Shown here in pieces: positions 20,728 through 31,037 of a stretch of DNA of 64,000 nucleotides (within the stretch, counting starts at the first letter, position 1; every line of letters begins with the position of its first letter). The DNA is from Alphaproteobacteria bacterium (lineage in GTDB: Bacteria; Pseudomonadota; Alphaproteobacteria; Bin95): NCBI GenBank assembly GCA_963665325.3, contig OZ224045.1, positions 1,344,001 to 1,408,000 of the forward strand. The letters are read 5' to 3'. The position numbers and the translations under genes are program-made. Below the pieces are notes generated by a model, which saw nothing but the letters and a program-made list of their open reading frames with translations, was not told the origin of the DNA and did not search any database.

Positions 20728-20788
20728 CGGTCCCTCCCCGCGAACGGCTCCCCGGCGAAACCGGGGAGCCGCGCCGCCCTAAAGTCGA

Positions 20789-21781
20789 TTAGCGTCCGAC
20801 AGCCTTCCAGAAGTCCTCGATGACCATCTTGGCCTTCGGATTGTCGTCCATGAACATGGCGACCATGGGCTGCGTCGATTCCTGCATGCCCTTGAGCATT
20901 TCGGGAGTGACTACGCCCATCGCGACGCCATTGTCGTTCAGGATCTTGGACTTCGCCTCGTCCTCCATGCGACTCACATCCCAGAACGGGGCCTCGAGCC
21001 GCTTGGCGGTTTCCTCGATCGCGGCCCGGTCCTTCTCGTCGATAGCCGCCCAGGCGTCGAGATTGACGTTCACCATGTTCGAACCCCAGACATGGGCGGT
21101 CGGATACATGAACTTCAGGAATTCCCAGAACTTGCCGTCCACGCCCGAACTGGCCGAGGTGGTGACGGCGTCGATGGTGCCGGCGGCGAGCGACGGCACG
21201 ACCTCGCCCCAGGGAAGCTGGACCGCCGTCATACCCACGGCATTGAAGAGAGCGGTGGTGGTCTTGTCATAGGTACGGATCTTGATGCCGGCCAGGTCTT
21301 CGAGCTTGCCGATCGGCACTTTGGTGTAAACATACTGCCGGGGCCACGGCACCATGTAGAGCACCTTCTGGTTGAACTCGGCCGCGACCTCGTTCAGCAC
21401 CGGACGGAAATGGCTGTGCAATGTCCGCAGTTCGTCGAACCCGGAGACGAGATAAGGCTGTGCCTCGATACCGACGAGAGCGGACTCGCCGACCTGCTGG
21501 TTCAGCAGGACGTCGCCGATCGGCACGAGCCCGTCGCGGACCGCGGTCAGCATTTCCGGGCCCTTGAAGCCGAGCGAGCCGCCGGGGTGGATATTGATCG
21601 TCACGCGGCCCTCGGTCGCCTTTTCGACCTCGGCAGCGAACACCTTGGCGTTCTCGACATGGAAATTGCCGTCCGGCCACGCCAGCGGCAGGTCCCATTC
21701 GGCCGCCGAAAGCGCGGTGGCGCCGAACGACAGCAGCGCAGCCGCCGCGGTCACAGGCAAAATTCGACGCATTGCGGTCAT
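20789..21781 (-). CDS. dctP: TRAP transporter substrate-binding protein
   Basis: Signal peptide, HPGGSLG, DLAGIKIR, LPWGEV..L..G.ID. Confidence 0.9.
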   Translation of the reverse strand: MTAMRRILPVTAAAALLSFGATALSAAEWDLPLAWPDGNFHVENAKVFAAEVEKATEGRVTINIHPGGSLGFKGPEMLTAVRDGLVPIGDVLLNQQVGESALVGIEAQPYLVSGFDELRTLHSHFRPVLNEVAAEFNQKVLYMVPWPRQYVYTKVPIGKLEDLAGIKIRTYDKTTTALFNAVGMTAVQLPWGEVVPSLAAGTIDAVTTSASSGVDGKFWEFLKFMYPTAHVWGSNMVNVNLDAWAAIDEKDRAAIEETAKRLEAPFWDVSRMEDEAKSKILNDNGVAMGVVTPEMLKGMQESTQPMVAMFMDDNPKAKMVIEDFWKAVGR

Positions 21782-21978
21782 GGAAATTCCTCCTCCCGGT
21801 TGCTAGTCAGCGGACTCGGCAGGACTCGCTCACGCCCGCCGGCGACTTGCAAGTTCCGCTTGTCGCACTGTCGCGACAGTCGCGCAGCCAGCCTGGGCTG
21901 TCAAATGCCGTTCCGCGGCATCGGCCGGCATGACCGCGCCTCCCCCGGGCGGGGCCGTTGTGCTAGGCTCCGCGCGCA

Positions 21979-22590
21979 ATGGCTGTCCACGTCCACCGCA
22001 ACGATATTCCCGAAGGTCTGGCTTTCGGCGCCCTGGCGGCGGTCGATACCGAAACCATGGGACTGAAGCCGTCCCGGGACCGGCTTTGCGTGGTGCAGCT
22101 TTCGGCCGGAGACGGCAACGCCCATCTGGTCCAGTTCCTCGACGGTGACTATGCGGCTCCGCGCCTGAAGGCCTTGTTGACAGACCCCGGCGTCACCAAA
22201 TTGTTCCACTTCGCGCGCTTCGACCTCGCTGTGCTGAAGCGTTATCTGGGCGCGGCGGCTTGGCCGGTCTATTGCACCCGCACCGCTTCCCGGCTGGTCC
22301 GCACCTATACCGACCGGCACGGCCTGAAGGACCTCTGCAAGGAACTGCTCGGCATCGAAATCTCCAAGACACAACAGTCGTCGGACTGGGGCGCGGCTGA
22401 CCTGACCGGACCGCAGCGGGACTACGCTGCCGCCGATGTGCTGCACCTGCACCGCCTGAAGGAACGCCTCGATTCCATGCTAGCCAGGGAAGGTCGGACG
22501 GAGCTGGCGGCGGCCTGTTTCGACTTTTTGCCGGTTCGGGCGCGGCTCGACCTCGAGGGCTGGGCCGAGGAGGACATCTTTGCTCACTGA
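21979..22590 (+). CDS. rnd: Ribonuclease D-like 3'-5' exonuclease
   Basis: VDTET, RLCVVQL, FHFARFD, QSSDWG, YAAADV; conserved alphaproteobacterial position before kdsD. Confidence 0.9.
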   Translation: MAVHVHRNDIPEGLAFGALAAVDTETMGLKPSRDRLCVVQLSAGDGNAHLVQFLDGDYAAPRLKALLTDPGVTKLFHFARFDLAVLKRYLGAAAWPVYCTRTASRLVRTYTDRHGLKDLCKELLGIEISKTQQSSDWGAADLTGPQRDYAAADVLHLHRLKERLDSMLAREGRTELAAACFDFLPVRARLDLEGWAEEDIFAH

Positions 22591-23551
22591 ATCGCCCGAT
22601 AACGCGGTGCGCGCGGCCGGACGCAGGGTACTTGCGATGGAGGCGGAGGCGCTGCTGGCGCTGGCCGACAGTCTGGAGGGCGCCTTCGACGAAGCGGTGG
22701 ACATCCTGGCCGACGCCAGCGGGCGGGTGATCGTGACCGGTATGGGCAAGAGCGGCCATGTCGCCGTCAAGATCGCGTCCACGCTGGCCTCGACCGGCAC
22801 GCCCGCGCACTTCGTCCATCCGGGCGAGGCGGCGCACGGCGACCTCGGCATGATCGCGCGGGGCGATGTTCTGTTGGCGCTTTCGAATTCGGGCGGCACG
22901 GCCGAACTCGCCGCTGTCATCGCCCATGCGGCGCGCAGTTCGGTGCCGTTGATCGCAGTGACGGCCAACGCCGACAGCCCGCTGGCCGGGGCCGCCCGGC
23001 TCTCGATGGTGCTGCCGCCGGTGTCTGAAGCCTGCCCGATGGGCCTCGCGCCCACGACCTCCACCACCATGATGCTGGCGCTCGGCGATGCCCTGGCAGT
23101 GGCGCTGCTGGAGCGCAAGGGCTTTTCCGCGGACGATTTCCGCACCCTGCATCCCGGCGGTTCGCTCGGCCAGAGCCTGCAGCTCGTTTCGGACATCATG
23201 CATGACGGAGATGCCATGCCGCTCATCGGGACCGACACGTTGATGGCCGAGGCGCTGATCGAGATCTCGTCCAAGACGTTCGGCTGCGTCGGCGTGACAG
23301 ACGGGGCGGGCGCCTTGCTCGGCATCGTGACGGACGGCGACCTGCGCCGCTCGATGAGCACGGACCTGCTGCAGCGTCCCGTGTCGGCGATCATGACCGC
23401 CTCGCCCAAGACCATCCGCCCGAGGGCGCTGGTGGCCGAGGCCGTGGCGGTGATGAACGAGGCTCAGATCACCGCGCTTTTCGTCGTCGAGGACGATATG
23501 CCGGTCGGCATCGTCCACCTCCACGACTGCCTCCGCGCCGGGGTCGCCTGA
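22580..23551 (+). CDS. kdsD: Arabinose-5-phosphate isomerase (KpsF/GutQ; SIS plus CBS domains)
   Basis: TGMGKSGH, HPGEAAHGDLG, APTTST, HPGG, TDGDLRR. Confidence 0.93.
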   Translation: MLTESPDNAVRAAGRRVLAMEAEALLALADSLEGAFDEAVDILADASGRVIVTGMGKSGHVAVKIASTLASTGTPAHFVHPGEAAHGDLGMIARGDVLLALSNSGGTAELAAVIAHAARSSVPLIAVTANADSPLAGAARLSMVLPPVSEACPMGLAPTTSTTMMLALGDALAVALLERKGFSADDFRTLHPGGSLGQSLQLVSDIMHDGDAMPLIGTDTLMAEALIEISSKTFGCVGVTDGAGALLGIVTDGDLRRSMSTDLLQRPVSAIMTASPKTIRPRALVAEAVAVMNEAQITALFVVEDDMPVGIVHLHDCLRAGVA

Positions 23552-23554
23552 GCC

Positions 23555-24193
23555 TTGGCGGCCCGCAGCGAGGCATATTTTGCTTTCGCGCGCGCCGGCC
23601 GGCGGCCGCGGGTCTCGCGCCTCTATTCGCTCTTCGTGCGGGGGGCGAAGGTCGCGCTGCCGGCTGGCGCCGCCGTTCTGCTGCTTGCGGTTTTCGCGTG
23701 GCCGGAAGCCGAAGACATTCTGGTGCCGGGGTGGAAGGATGAGGTGTCCACGCAGGTCTCGATGACCAATATGGAGGCCTTTGGCTGGGACGAGGACCGA
23801 CCCTACTCGATCCGTTCCGCCGGCGTCCGCCAGCTCGGCACCGAGGGGCGGCGTTTCCTGATGGAGCGCCCGAGGGCCTGGATCGTCCTTCCCGACGGTG
23901 CATGGCTTTCCGGCAGCGGCGAGAGCGGCGTCGTGGACTGGACGAAACGGACCGTGCACCTGTCGGGCGAGGTTCGGCTCACCCACGAGGCCGGCTACGC
24001 TATCCGCACCCAGGCGGCTTTCGTGAACCTTGCCGACAAGACGGCAATCGGAGACGGGCCGGTGGAGGGCGACGGCAATTCGGGCCGGTTCCGGGCCGAG
24101 GGCTTCCAGGTTCTGGATGGCGGGAACAGAATCCGGCTGCTGGGCCGCTCCGCTGTCCGGTTCAATATTGAGCCTGGGGCAACACCGCAATGA
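23555..24193 (+). CDS. lptC: LPS export protein LptC
   Basis: Single N-terminal TM helix, beta-jellyroll pattern, synteny kdsD-lptC-lptA-lptB. Confidence 0.8.
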   Translation: MAARSEAYFAFARAGRRPRVSRLYSLFVRGAKVALPAGAAVLLLAVFAWPEAEDILVPGWKDEVSTQVSMTNMEAFGWDEDRPYSIRSAGVRQLGTEGRRFLMERPRAWIVLPDGAWLSGSGESGVVDWTKRTVHLSGEVRLTHEAGYAIRTQAAFVNLADKTAIGDGPVEGDGNSGRFRAEGFQVLDGGNRIRLLGRSAVRFNIEPGATPQ

Positions 24194-24990
24194 AACGGGC
24201 CGCGCTCGCCATTCTTCCGATTCTGGTTTCCGCTGCGGCGGGAGGTTTCGAACTCGACCTCGCTACCGGAACGGGAGGCCCGCTCCAGATCGAGGCAGCC
24301 GGGAGCATCGAGTGGCGGCGCGACGAGAAGGTCTATATCGCGGAAGGCAGCGTTCGCGCCGAGCAGGGCGACCTGATGCTGGAGGCGGAAACCTTGGCCG
24401 CCTACTACCGGCCTGACGAGGAGGGAAAGACCCAGATCGAACGGATCGAGGCAAGCGGCGGCGTAACGATCCGTTCCCCGGACGGGACTGCGAACGGCAG
24501 CGAGGCGGTATACGACGTCGACAAGTCGCTCATCGTGATGCGCGGCGGCGACCTCGCGCTCAAGACCGCCGAATACCGGGTCACGGCCCGCGAGAGCCTC
24601 GAATTCCATCGGGGCGAAAACTATGCCGTGGCGCGCGGTGCGGCCCGGGCGGTGCGGGCGGAGGAGTCCGTCTCGGCGGAGACCCTGGTGGTGCGGTTCG
24701 AAGAAACGGGCGAAGGCAGTCTCGCCGCGCGGCGGCTGGAGGCGTTCGGCGGCGTCGAGGTCCGAAACGGGCCCGATACGATTACCGGCGAGCGGGGCTA
24801 TTACGACGCTGGGACGCAGACCGCCGAAATCTGCGGCGATGTCCGGGTGCAGCAAGGCCCCAACAGGATGGCCGGCGAGTGCGCCGAGCTCGACCTGGCA
24901 AGGGGCCGGAGCCGCCTGATCGCGGGTGCCGGCCAGCGTGTGAGCGGATTGTTCGAGCCCGGCGCAGCGGACGTCGCGCCGTCGCAATGA
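24190..24990 (+). CDS. lptA: LPS export protein LptA (OstA family, duplicated jellyroll)
   Basis: Signal peptide, AEGSV..QG..L.A..L, IEA.GGV repeated; synteny. Confidence 0.8.
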   Translation: MKRAALAILPILVSAAAGGFELDLATGTGGPLQIEAAGSIEWRRDEKVYIAEGSVRAEQGDLMLEAETLAAYYRPDEEGKTQIERIEASGGVTIRSPDGTANGSEAVYDVDKSLIVMRGGDLALKTAEYRVTARESLEFHRGENYAVARGAARAVRAEESVSAETLVVRFEETGEGSLAARRLEAFGGVEVRNGPDTITGERGYYDAGTQTAEICGDVRVQQGPNRMAGECAELDLARGRSRLIAGAGQRVSGLFEPGAADVAPSQ

Positions 24991-25715
24991 CGGAGACCGG
25001 CCTCGCCGCGTCCGGCCTAGCCAAACGGTATCGCAGGCGCACGGTCCTGCGCGATGTGTCGCTGTCTGTCGGCAGGGGCGAGGCTGTGGGCCTGCTCGGG
25101 CCGAACGGCGCCGGCAAGACCACCTGCTTCTACATCATGACCGGCCTGACGGCGCCGGACAGCGGAAATGTCAGCATTGACGGGCAGGATGTGACCGGCC
25201 TTCCGCTCTACCGCCGCGCGCGGCTCGGCCTCGGCTATCTGCCCCAAGAGCCTTCGATCTTCCGCGGCATGACGGTCGAGGCGAACATCCGCGCCGTGCT
25301 CGAAGTTGTCGAGAGCAGCCGGCCCCTGCGCGACGCCGTTCTGGAAGACCTGCTGGAGGAATTCGCCATCGGCCATTTGCGCCGCTCGCCGGCTTTGGCG
25401 CTTTCCGGCGGCGAGCGGCGGCGGGTGGAGATAGCCCGCGCGCTCGCGGCGCGTCCGAACTACGTCCTGCTGGACGAGCCGCTGGCCGGCATCGACCCTA
25501 TCGCCGTCGGTGAAATCCGCGATCTGGTCTCGCGTCTCAAGGACCGGGGCATCGGCGTGCTGATTACGGACCACAATGTCCGCGAGACACTGGAGATTGT
25601 GGACCGCGCCTACATCCTGGCGGGCGGCGCCATCCTCAAGGAGGGCGCCCCGGTGGATATCATCGCCGACGAGCATGTCCGCCGCGTCTATCTCGGGGAC
25701 AGCTTCAGCCTGTAG
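24987..25715 (+). CDS. lptB: LPS export ABC ATPase LptB
   Basis: GPNGAGKTT, YLPQE, LSGGERRR, LLDEP, ITDHNVRETL, YLG. Confidence 0.95.
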   Translation: MTETGLAASGLAKRYRRRTVLRDVSLSVGRGEAVGLLGPNGAGKTTCFYIMTGLTAPDSGNVSIDGQDVTGLPLYRRARLGLGYLPQEPSIFRGMTVEANIRAVLEVVESSRPLRDAVLEDLLEEFAIGHLRRSPALALSGGERRRVEIARALAARPNYVLLDEPLAGIDPIAVGEIRDLVSRLKDRGIGVLITDHNVRETLEIVDRAYILAGGAILKEGAPVDIIADEHVRRVYLGDSFSL

Positions 25716-25771
25716 GTCCGTTTTGGGCTATAACGCGCCTCGGAGAGAAGACGGGATCGGCGAACGGCTGC

Positions 25772-27205
25772 ATGACGACGATGGCGCTCGGACCGAGGTT
25801 GCGGCAACGCCAGACCCAGGGGCTGGCGATGACACCGAGGCTGCAGCAGTCGATCAGGCTGTTGCAGATGGGCAGCCTCGAGCTTGAAGCATTCGTCGAT
25901 TCGCAACTCGAGGAAAACCCGCTTCTGAAGCGGGGCGAACCGGATGGTGACGAGGGCGCCGCGGAGGTGCCGGACGAGCCGGCCTTCGGGTCCGAAGCCG
26001 CCGAGGACAGGTTTCGCATGGCGGAGGAATTCTCCGTCCTTCCCCGCAGCAACGGCAGTTTCGACGGCGACATGCCCGGCCCCGACGAGCGCGTGGCGGC
26101 CGCACCAAGCCTGCGCGACCGCCTTGAACGGCAGTTGACGCTCGACATCGCCGATCCCCGCGACCGGCTGATCGGGCGCGCGGTCATCGATGCGCTCGAC
26201 CCCTCCGGCTGGTTCACCGCCGATCTCGTCGAATTCGCGCTTGCCCTGGGGGCCTTGCCGGAGGATGTCGAGCGTGTGCTGCTGTGCCTGCAACAGTTCG
26301 AGCCGGCGGGCCTGTTCGCCCGCTCGCTTGCCGAATGCCTGGCGCTGCAGCTGCGCGACCGGGGCCGCTACGACGCGGCCATGGCGGCGCTTCTCGACAA
26401 TCTCGATCTTCTGGCAGCGGGACGATTCGACGCGCTTGGCAAGGCTTGCGGCGTTCCCCGGGAAGAACTTGCCCGGATGGTGCGCGAGCTGCGCTCTCTC
26501 GACCCGAAACCGGCCTCGGCGCTCGACGACGACGCGGCCGTCCTGCCGGTCCTTCCCGATATTCTCGTGCGCGCACATCCAGGCGGTGGCTGGGCAGTCG
26601 AACTCAACGATCGGGCGCTGCCTCGCGTGCTGGTGGACCGCGAGTACTACGCCCGGGTGCATGGGGATGCGGCATCGGATGCGGACCGGGAGTTCATCGC
26701 AGATCGGTTGAGCAGCGCGAACTGGCTGGTAAAGGCGCTGCACCAGAGGGCGGAAACCATGCTGAAGGTCGGCGACGAGCTGGTGCGCCGGCAGCAGGAC
26801 TTCTTCGCGCATGGAGTCCGGCATTTGCGCCCGCTGACGCTTCGGGATATCGCGGAGGCGGTGGGCATCCACGAGAGCACGGTCAGCCGGGTGACGGCCA
26901 ACAAGACCATGGCCACGCCCCTCGGCCTCTTCGAACTGAAATACTTCTTCACCGCCGCCATAGCCGGAATGGGCGGCGGCGAGGCGCATTCCGCGGAGGC
27001 GGTCCGGCATCGGCTGAAGACGCTGATCGACGGGGAAGAAGCCGGAAGGACGCTCTCGGACGACAAACTGGTGGCCGCGATGCGAACCGAGGGCATCGAC
27101 ATAGCGCGGCGAACGGTCGCCAAATACCGGGAGACGATGGGCATTCCCTCTTCCGCGCACCGCCGCCGCCGCAAATTAGCGGCGGCCGGAGGAATTGGGC
27201 ATTGA
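25772..27205 (+). CDS. rpoN: RNA polymerase sigma-54 factor
   Basis: MTPRLQQSIRLLQ, ENPLL, HESTVSR, ELKYFF, RpoN box ARRTVAKYR. Confidence 0.97.
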   Translation: MTTMALGPRLRQRQTQGLAMTPRLQQSIRLLQMGSLELEAFVDSQLEENPLLKRGEPDGDEGAAEVPDEPAFGSEAAEDRFRMAEEFSVLPRSNGSFDGDMPGPDERVAAAPSLRDRLERQLTLDIADPRDRLIGRAVIDALDPSGWFTADLVEFALALGALPEDVERVLLCLQQFEPAGLFARSLAECLALQLRDRGRYDAAMAALLDNLDLLAAGRFDALGKACGVPREELARMVRELRSLDPKPASALDDDAAVLPVLPDILVRAHPGGGWAVELNDRALPRVLVDREYYARVHGDAASDADREFIADRLSSANWLVKALHQRAETMLKVGDELVRRQQDFFAHGVRHLRPLTLRDIAEAVGIHESTVSRVTANKTMATPLGLFELKYFFTAAIAGMGGGEAHSAEAVRHRLKTLIDGEEAGRTLSDDKLVAAMRTEGIDIARRTVAKYRETMGIPSSAHRRRRKLAAAGGIGH

Positions 27206-27272
27206 CCGGAGGCCGCGGGCGCTCCTAATTTCGGGTAGAACCGCCCGGTCCGGAGACAGTAGGGAGCGGCAG

Positions 27273-27857
27273 GTGCGGATTTCCGTAAGCAGTAAACAGT
27301 TTGACGTGAGTCAGGGGCTCGCCGACCGGGTCCGGGCCTCGCTTGAGCACTCGGTGGCCCGGTATTTCGACCGGGCGATCGACGCCCAGATCGCGTTTTC
27401 GAAGCAGGGAGCCGGCGTCCGCGCGGATGTCTCGGTCCATGCCGGGCGTGGGCTCACGGTGCAGACGCATGGCCAAGCGGTGGACCCGTGGCTGGCCTTC
27501 GGCGAGGCGGAGGAGAAGGTCGCAAAGCGCCTGCGCCGCCACAAGCGCCGTCTGCGCAACCACCACCGCCGCGAGGAGACGGAGTTCGACCGCTGGTCCG
27601 TCGCCCACCGGATCCTCGACGAACCGGAAGGCGTCGGCGAGGAGGCGCCCGAGGAGAGTCCCGCGATCATTGCGGAGATGACCGACGATGTGCTGACGCT
27701 CAGTGTCGGCGAGGCGGTGATGCACATGGATTTCGGCGGGCGGCCGGCATTGCTGTTCCGCAACGCCGCCCATGGCGGGCTGAACATGATTTACCGGCGC
27801 GCCGACGGCAATGTCGGCTGGGTTGACCCCGACGGTCTGCCCGGCCCCGGCGCTTGA
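27273..27857 (+). CDS. hpf: Ribosome hibernation promoting factor (long HPF/RaiA)
   Basis: KRLRRHKRRL, C-terminal EAVM.MD..FRN..YRR.DGNVGWVDP; downstream of rpoN; GTG start. Confidence 0.88.
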   Translation: MRISVSSKQFDVSQGLADRVRASLEHSVARYFDRAIDAQIAFSKQGAGVRADVSVHAGRGLTVQTHGQAVDPWLAFGEAEEKVAKRLRRHKRRLRNHHRREETEFDRWSVAHRILDEPEGVGEEAPEESPAIIAEMTDDVLTLSVGEAVMHMDFGGRPALLFRNAAHGGLNMIYRRADGNVGWVDPDGLPGPGA

Positions 27858-27864
27858 CGCCGCG

Positions 27865-28311
27865 ATGGGCGTCCTCGAGCTCGTAGGTTCCGACGGCGTG
27901 ATGGCCGATCTGGAGGCGTCCAGCAAGAAGCACGCGCTCGAAATGATGGCCGCTTTCGCTGCCGAGAGCCTGGGTTTGAGCTCGAAGGCGGTGTTCACGG
28001 TGCTGGTGGACCGGGAGAAGCTCGGCAGCACCGGCGTCGGGCGCGGCATCGCCATTCCGCATGCCAAGATGGCCGGCCTCGAGGGCATACACGGTTTCCT
28101 GATCCGTTCGCGCGAAGCCGTGCCATTCGAGGCCGTGGACGACGAGCCGGTCGATCTCTTCTTCCTGCTGCTCGCCCCGGAAAGCGCGGGCGCCGAACAC
28201 CTGAAGGCCCTCGCGCGGGTTTCTCGCGCGCTTCGCGACCGGGACACCGTGAAGGCCTTGCGCGAGGCCGCCGGCGCTGCCGCTATGCGCGCCGTTCTGG
28301 AGGACCGTTAG
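27865..28311 (+). CDS. ptsN: PTS EIIA(Ntr)
   Basis: REKLGSTGVGRGIAIPH, D..PVDL, HLKALA. Confidence 0.92.
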   Translation: MGVLELVGSDGVMADLEASSKKHALEMMAAFAAESLGLSSKAVFTVLVDREKLGSTGVGRGIAIPHAKMAGLEGIHGFLIRSREAVPFEAVDDEPVDLFFLLLAPESAGAEHLKALARVSRALRDRDTVKALREAAGAAAMRAVLEDR

Positions 28312-29489
28312 ACGGTCGGCTGAGGCCGGCGCATCCGGCGCGCGAGGACGCCTGCCAGCAGCAGGCTGCACGCCGAAAGCGCCATCATGAACCAGAACGC
28401 GTCGCCGCCGAAGCGCTCGTAAAGCGGCCCCGAGGCCACGAGGGCAAGCCCCGTAGACCCGCCCATCGCGATGGACGAATAGAGGCCCTGCGCGGTTGCT
28501 GAAATTTCGGGCGCGACATGGCGCTGGAGCCAGGTCATGCCGCCCAGATGCGTCGCGGCGAAGGTAAAGCCGTGCAGCATCTGGACAGGCGCGAGCAGCC
28601 AGAGGTCGGTCGTGAGCGCCGTGCCCGCCCAGCGCAGCATGGCCGCCGAGGCGCCGAGCGCAATCAGGCCGGCGATGCCGATCCGGTCCACGACCCGGCT
28701 GCCGAGAGCGAAGAGCGCGACTTCCGAGATGACGCCGACCGCCCAGAGCGGCCCGATGACGTCCTTGCCGTGCCCGGCGGCTTCCCAGTGCAGGGTGCCG
28801 AATCCCATCAGCACGGCATGGCTCGCCATGTTGCAGGCGATGGCGGCGGAGCAGAGCAGGAAGCCGGTATCCGTCATAAGGCGGCCAATTGCATGACGGG
28901 ACGCGCGCCGGGTCTCCGGGCGGGCGTCGGGCAGCGCCGCCGTCGCCGCCGCGACCAGGAGCAGGCCACCGACCATGGCCGCGACGATGGCTTCGTCGCC
29001 GCGCCCGGCCAGCATCCAGCCGCCGGCCGTGGAGGCCAGGATGAACGCAACCGACCCCCAGACGCGCATCCTGCCGTAGTCGAGCCTGCGCGCGCGCGCC
29101 GTCAGCAGTGCGATATTGTCGGAGAGCGGCAGGGTCGGTCCGTGGGCGAACGCGAACAGCAGCACGAGGAGGAAGACCGGCCAGAAACCTTCCGCCAGAG
29201 GGAAGCAGGCCGCAACCGCCACCGAGGCAACGGCGAAGCCGAGCGCGTAGCGCCGCCGTTCCCCGCGCCAGTCGGCGTAGCGCAGCACTGCGGGGTTGAC
29301 GGCCACGCGAAGCCACATGCTCGCTGCCATGACCCAGGCTATCTCCGGCGCGCCCAGGCCCCGGGACTCGAGCCAGAGGGGGAAAAAGGGCTGATAGACG
29401 CCGACCATCGCGAAATAGGCGGTATAGAAGAGGGAGATGCGCAGCGCCGGCCGTGCGGTCTCTGCCAGCCGGACCCGGGAGGTGATCAT
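28308..29489 (-). CDS. MFS transporter (HcaT/MFS_1-like)
   Basis: PFFPLWL..G, DYGRMRVWGS, Q.LHG.TF; about 12 TM helices. Confidence 0.85.
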   Translation of the reverse strand: MITSRVRLAETARPALRISLFYTAYFAMVGVYQPFFPLWLESRGLGAPEIAWVMAASMWLRVAVNPAVLRYADWRGERRRYALGFAVASVAVAACFPLAEGFWPVFLLVLLFAFAHGPTLPLSDNIALLTARARRLDYGRMRVWGSVAFILASTAGGWMLAGRGDEAIVAAMVGGLLLVAAATAALPDARPETRRASRHAIGRLMTDTGFLLCSAAIACNMASHAVLMGFGTLHWEAAGHGKDVIGPLWAVGVISEVALFALGSRVVDRIGIAGLIALGASAAMLRWAGTALTTDLWLLAPVQMLHGFTFAATHLGGMTWLQRHVAPEISATAQGLYSSIAMGGSTGLALVASGPLYERFGGDAFWFMMALSACSLLLAGVLARRMRRPQPTV

Positions 29490-29540
29490 GCCGCCGGCCT
29501 CGGGTATATGGAAGTGCCGACAGGGGGACCGGGAGGGGAC

Positions 29541-30065
29541 ATGGACGATTGGCGGGACGGGATTTTCGAGGCGGTCAAGGCGGCGGGCGTGACCCAGGTC
29601 GCCTATGTGCCCGATGCCGGGCACAGCCGGCTGATCGAACGGTCGATAGAGGACAACGACCTGCGCGCGGTGTCGCTCACCACCGAGGAGGAGGGCGTGG
29701 CGCTGCTCGCCGGCGCCTGGCTCGGCGGCGCGAAGGGCGTGCTGCTGCTGCAATCCTCGGGCGTCGGCAACTGCGTCAACATGCTCTCGCTTGCCAAGAC
29801 CTGCGCCTTCCCGCTGGTGATGCTGGTGACCATGCGCGGCGAATGGGGCGAGTTCAATAGCTGGCAGAAGCCCATGGGCGTGACGACCCAGGCGCATCTG
29901 GAGCTCTGCGGGGCCACCTGCTACCGCTGCGACCGGCCGGAGGACGTGCGCGAGACCGTCGAGTCGGCCTTCCGCTTTGCCTATTTCACCAACTCCATCG
30001 CCGCCGTGCTGCTGGGCCAGCGGCTGATCGGCGCCAAGGTGTTCGAGGAGCCGGCCTCATGCTGA
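29541..30065 (+). CDS. ThDP-dependent sulfopyruvate/phosphonopyruvate decarboxylase-like alpha subunit
   Basis: YVPD, EEEGVALLAGAWLGG, QSSGVGN, RGEWGEFNSWQ.PMG; GGAGG RBS. Confidence 0.85.
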   Translation: MDDWRDGIFEAVKAAGVTQVAYVPDAGHSRLIERSIEDNDLRAVSLTTEEEGVALLAGAWLGGAKGVLLLQSSGVGNCVNMLSLAKTCAFPLVMLVTMRGEWGEFNSWQKPMGVTTQAHLELCGATCYRCDRPEDVRETVESAFRFAYFTNSIAAVLLGQRLIGAKVFEEPASC

Positions 30066-30634
30066 ACCGGAGGGAGGCCGTGCGCCGGCTGCTGGCGGAC
30101 CGGGGCAACATGCTGGTGGTCGCGGGGCTCGGCCAGTCCTGCTTCGACTGCTTCGCGGCGGGTGACGACCCGCGCAACTTCTATCTCTGGGGCGCGATGG
30201 GCGGTGCCGTGCCGGCTGGCCTCGGGATCGCGCTTGCGCAGCCGGAGCGCCGGGTGCTGGTTGTGACGGGCGACGGCGATGCGCTGATGAGCGCGGGCGC
30301 GCTCGCCACCGTCGGGGCCGAGGCGCCCGAAAACCTCGCAATCTGCATTCTCGACAATGAGCGCTATGGCGAGACCGGCGGGCAGGTGACGCACACGGCG
30401 CGCGGCGCCGACCTGGCGGCGATGGCGGCTGCAGGCGGCGTCGGGCGGTCTTGGACGGTCCGCACGAAGGCGCAGCTGACGGACGCCATCGGCGCGCTCC
30501 GGCAGGGCGCGGGGCCGATGGTCGCAGTTGTCAAGGTGGCGCCCGAAAACGAGCCCGGCGCGCTGCCGCCGCAGGACGGCCCGCACCTTAAGCGCCGCTT
30601 CCGCAGCGCCGCGCTCGGCGTCGAGGACAAATAG
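30059..30634 (+). CDS. ThDP-dependent decarboxylase beta subunit
   Basis: NFYLWGAMG, GDGD..M, DNERYGETGGQ (ThDP motif). Confidence 0.85.
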   Translation: MLNRREAVRRLLADRGNMLVVAGLGQSCFDCFAAGDDPRNFYLWGAMGGAVPAGLGIALAQPERRVLVVTGDGDALMSAGALATVGAEAPENLAICILDNERYGETGGQVTHTARGADLAAMAAAGGVGRSWTVRTKAQLTDAIGALRQGAGPMVAVVKVAPENEPGALPPQDGPHLKRRFRSAALGVEDK

Positions 30635-30641
30635 GGCGCGC

Positions 30642-31016
30642 ATGAGCGGGCTGCCTTTCGAGTTCCAGCCGGCTATCGGGCGCGATGCGCGGGCGGTGGC
30701 GGGTCTTTCGCGGCAAGCGGACGGCTCGATCTGCGCGGTCTGGCTGGCGGCGATCGGCGGGCTCGCCCTGGCGTTCCTGCTGTTCTTCGAGCCGGCCGGG
30801 CTTGCGGCCTGGATGATCTACGCCAATGCGGGCGGGCTGGCGCTCTGCCTTCTGGCGGCGCTCGGGCGCTATCTGGGCTGCACCGTCCGGGCGCGCCGGA
30901 TCGCCGCCGCCTGGAAGCGAGCGGGCGTCGTCTTCCTGCCCGGCGCGGAAGGACTTGTCGAATATGATGGCGCGGTCCACGATCCGGCCCCGCCGCCAGA
31001 GCGGGGGAACGGGTAG
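30642..31016 (+). CDS. Hypothetical membrane protein (two TM helices)
   Basis: Two hydrophobic segments; fills the operon gap with tight spacing. Confidence 0.55.
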   Translation: MSGLPFEFQPAIGRDARAVAGLSRQADGSICAVWLAAIGGLALAFLLFFEPAGLAAWMIYANAGGLALCLLAALGRYLGCTVRARRIAAAWKRAGVVFLPGAEGLVEYDGAVHDPAPPPERGNG

Positions 31017-31037
31017 AACTGCGTCGGGGAGAGGGGT

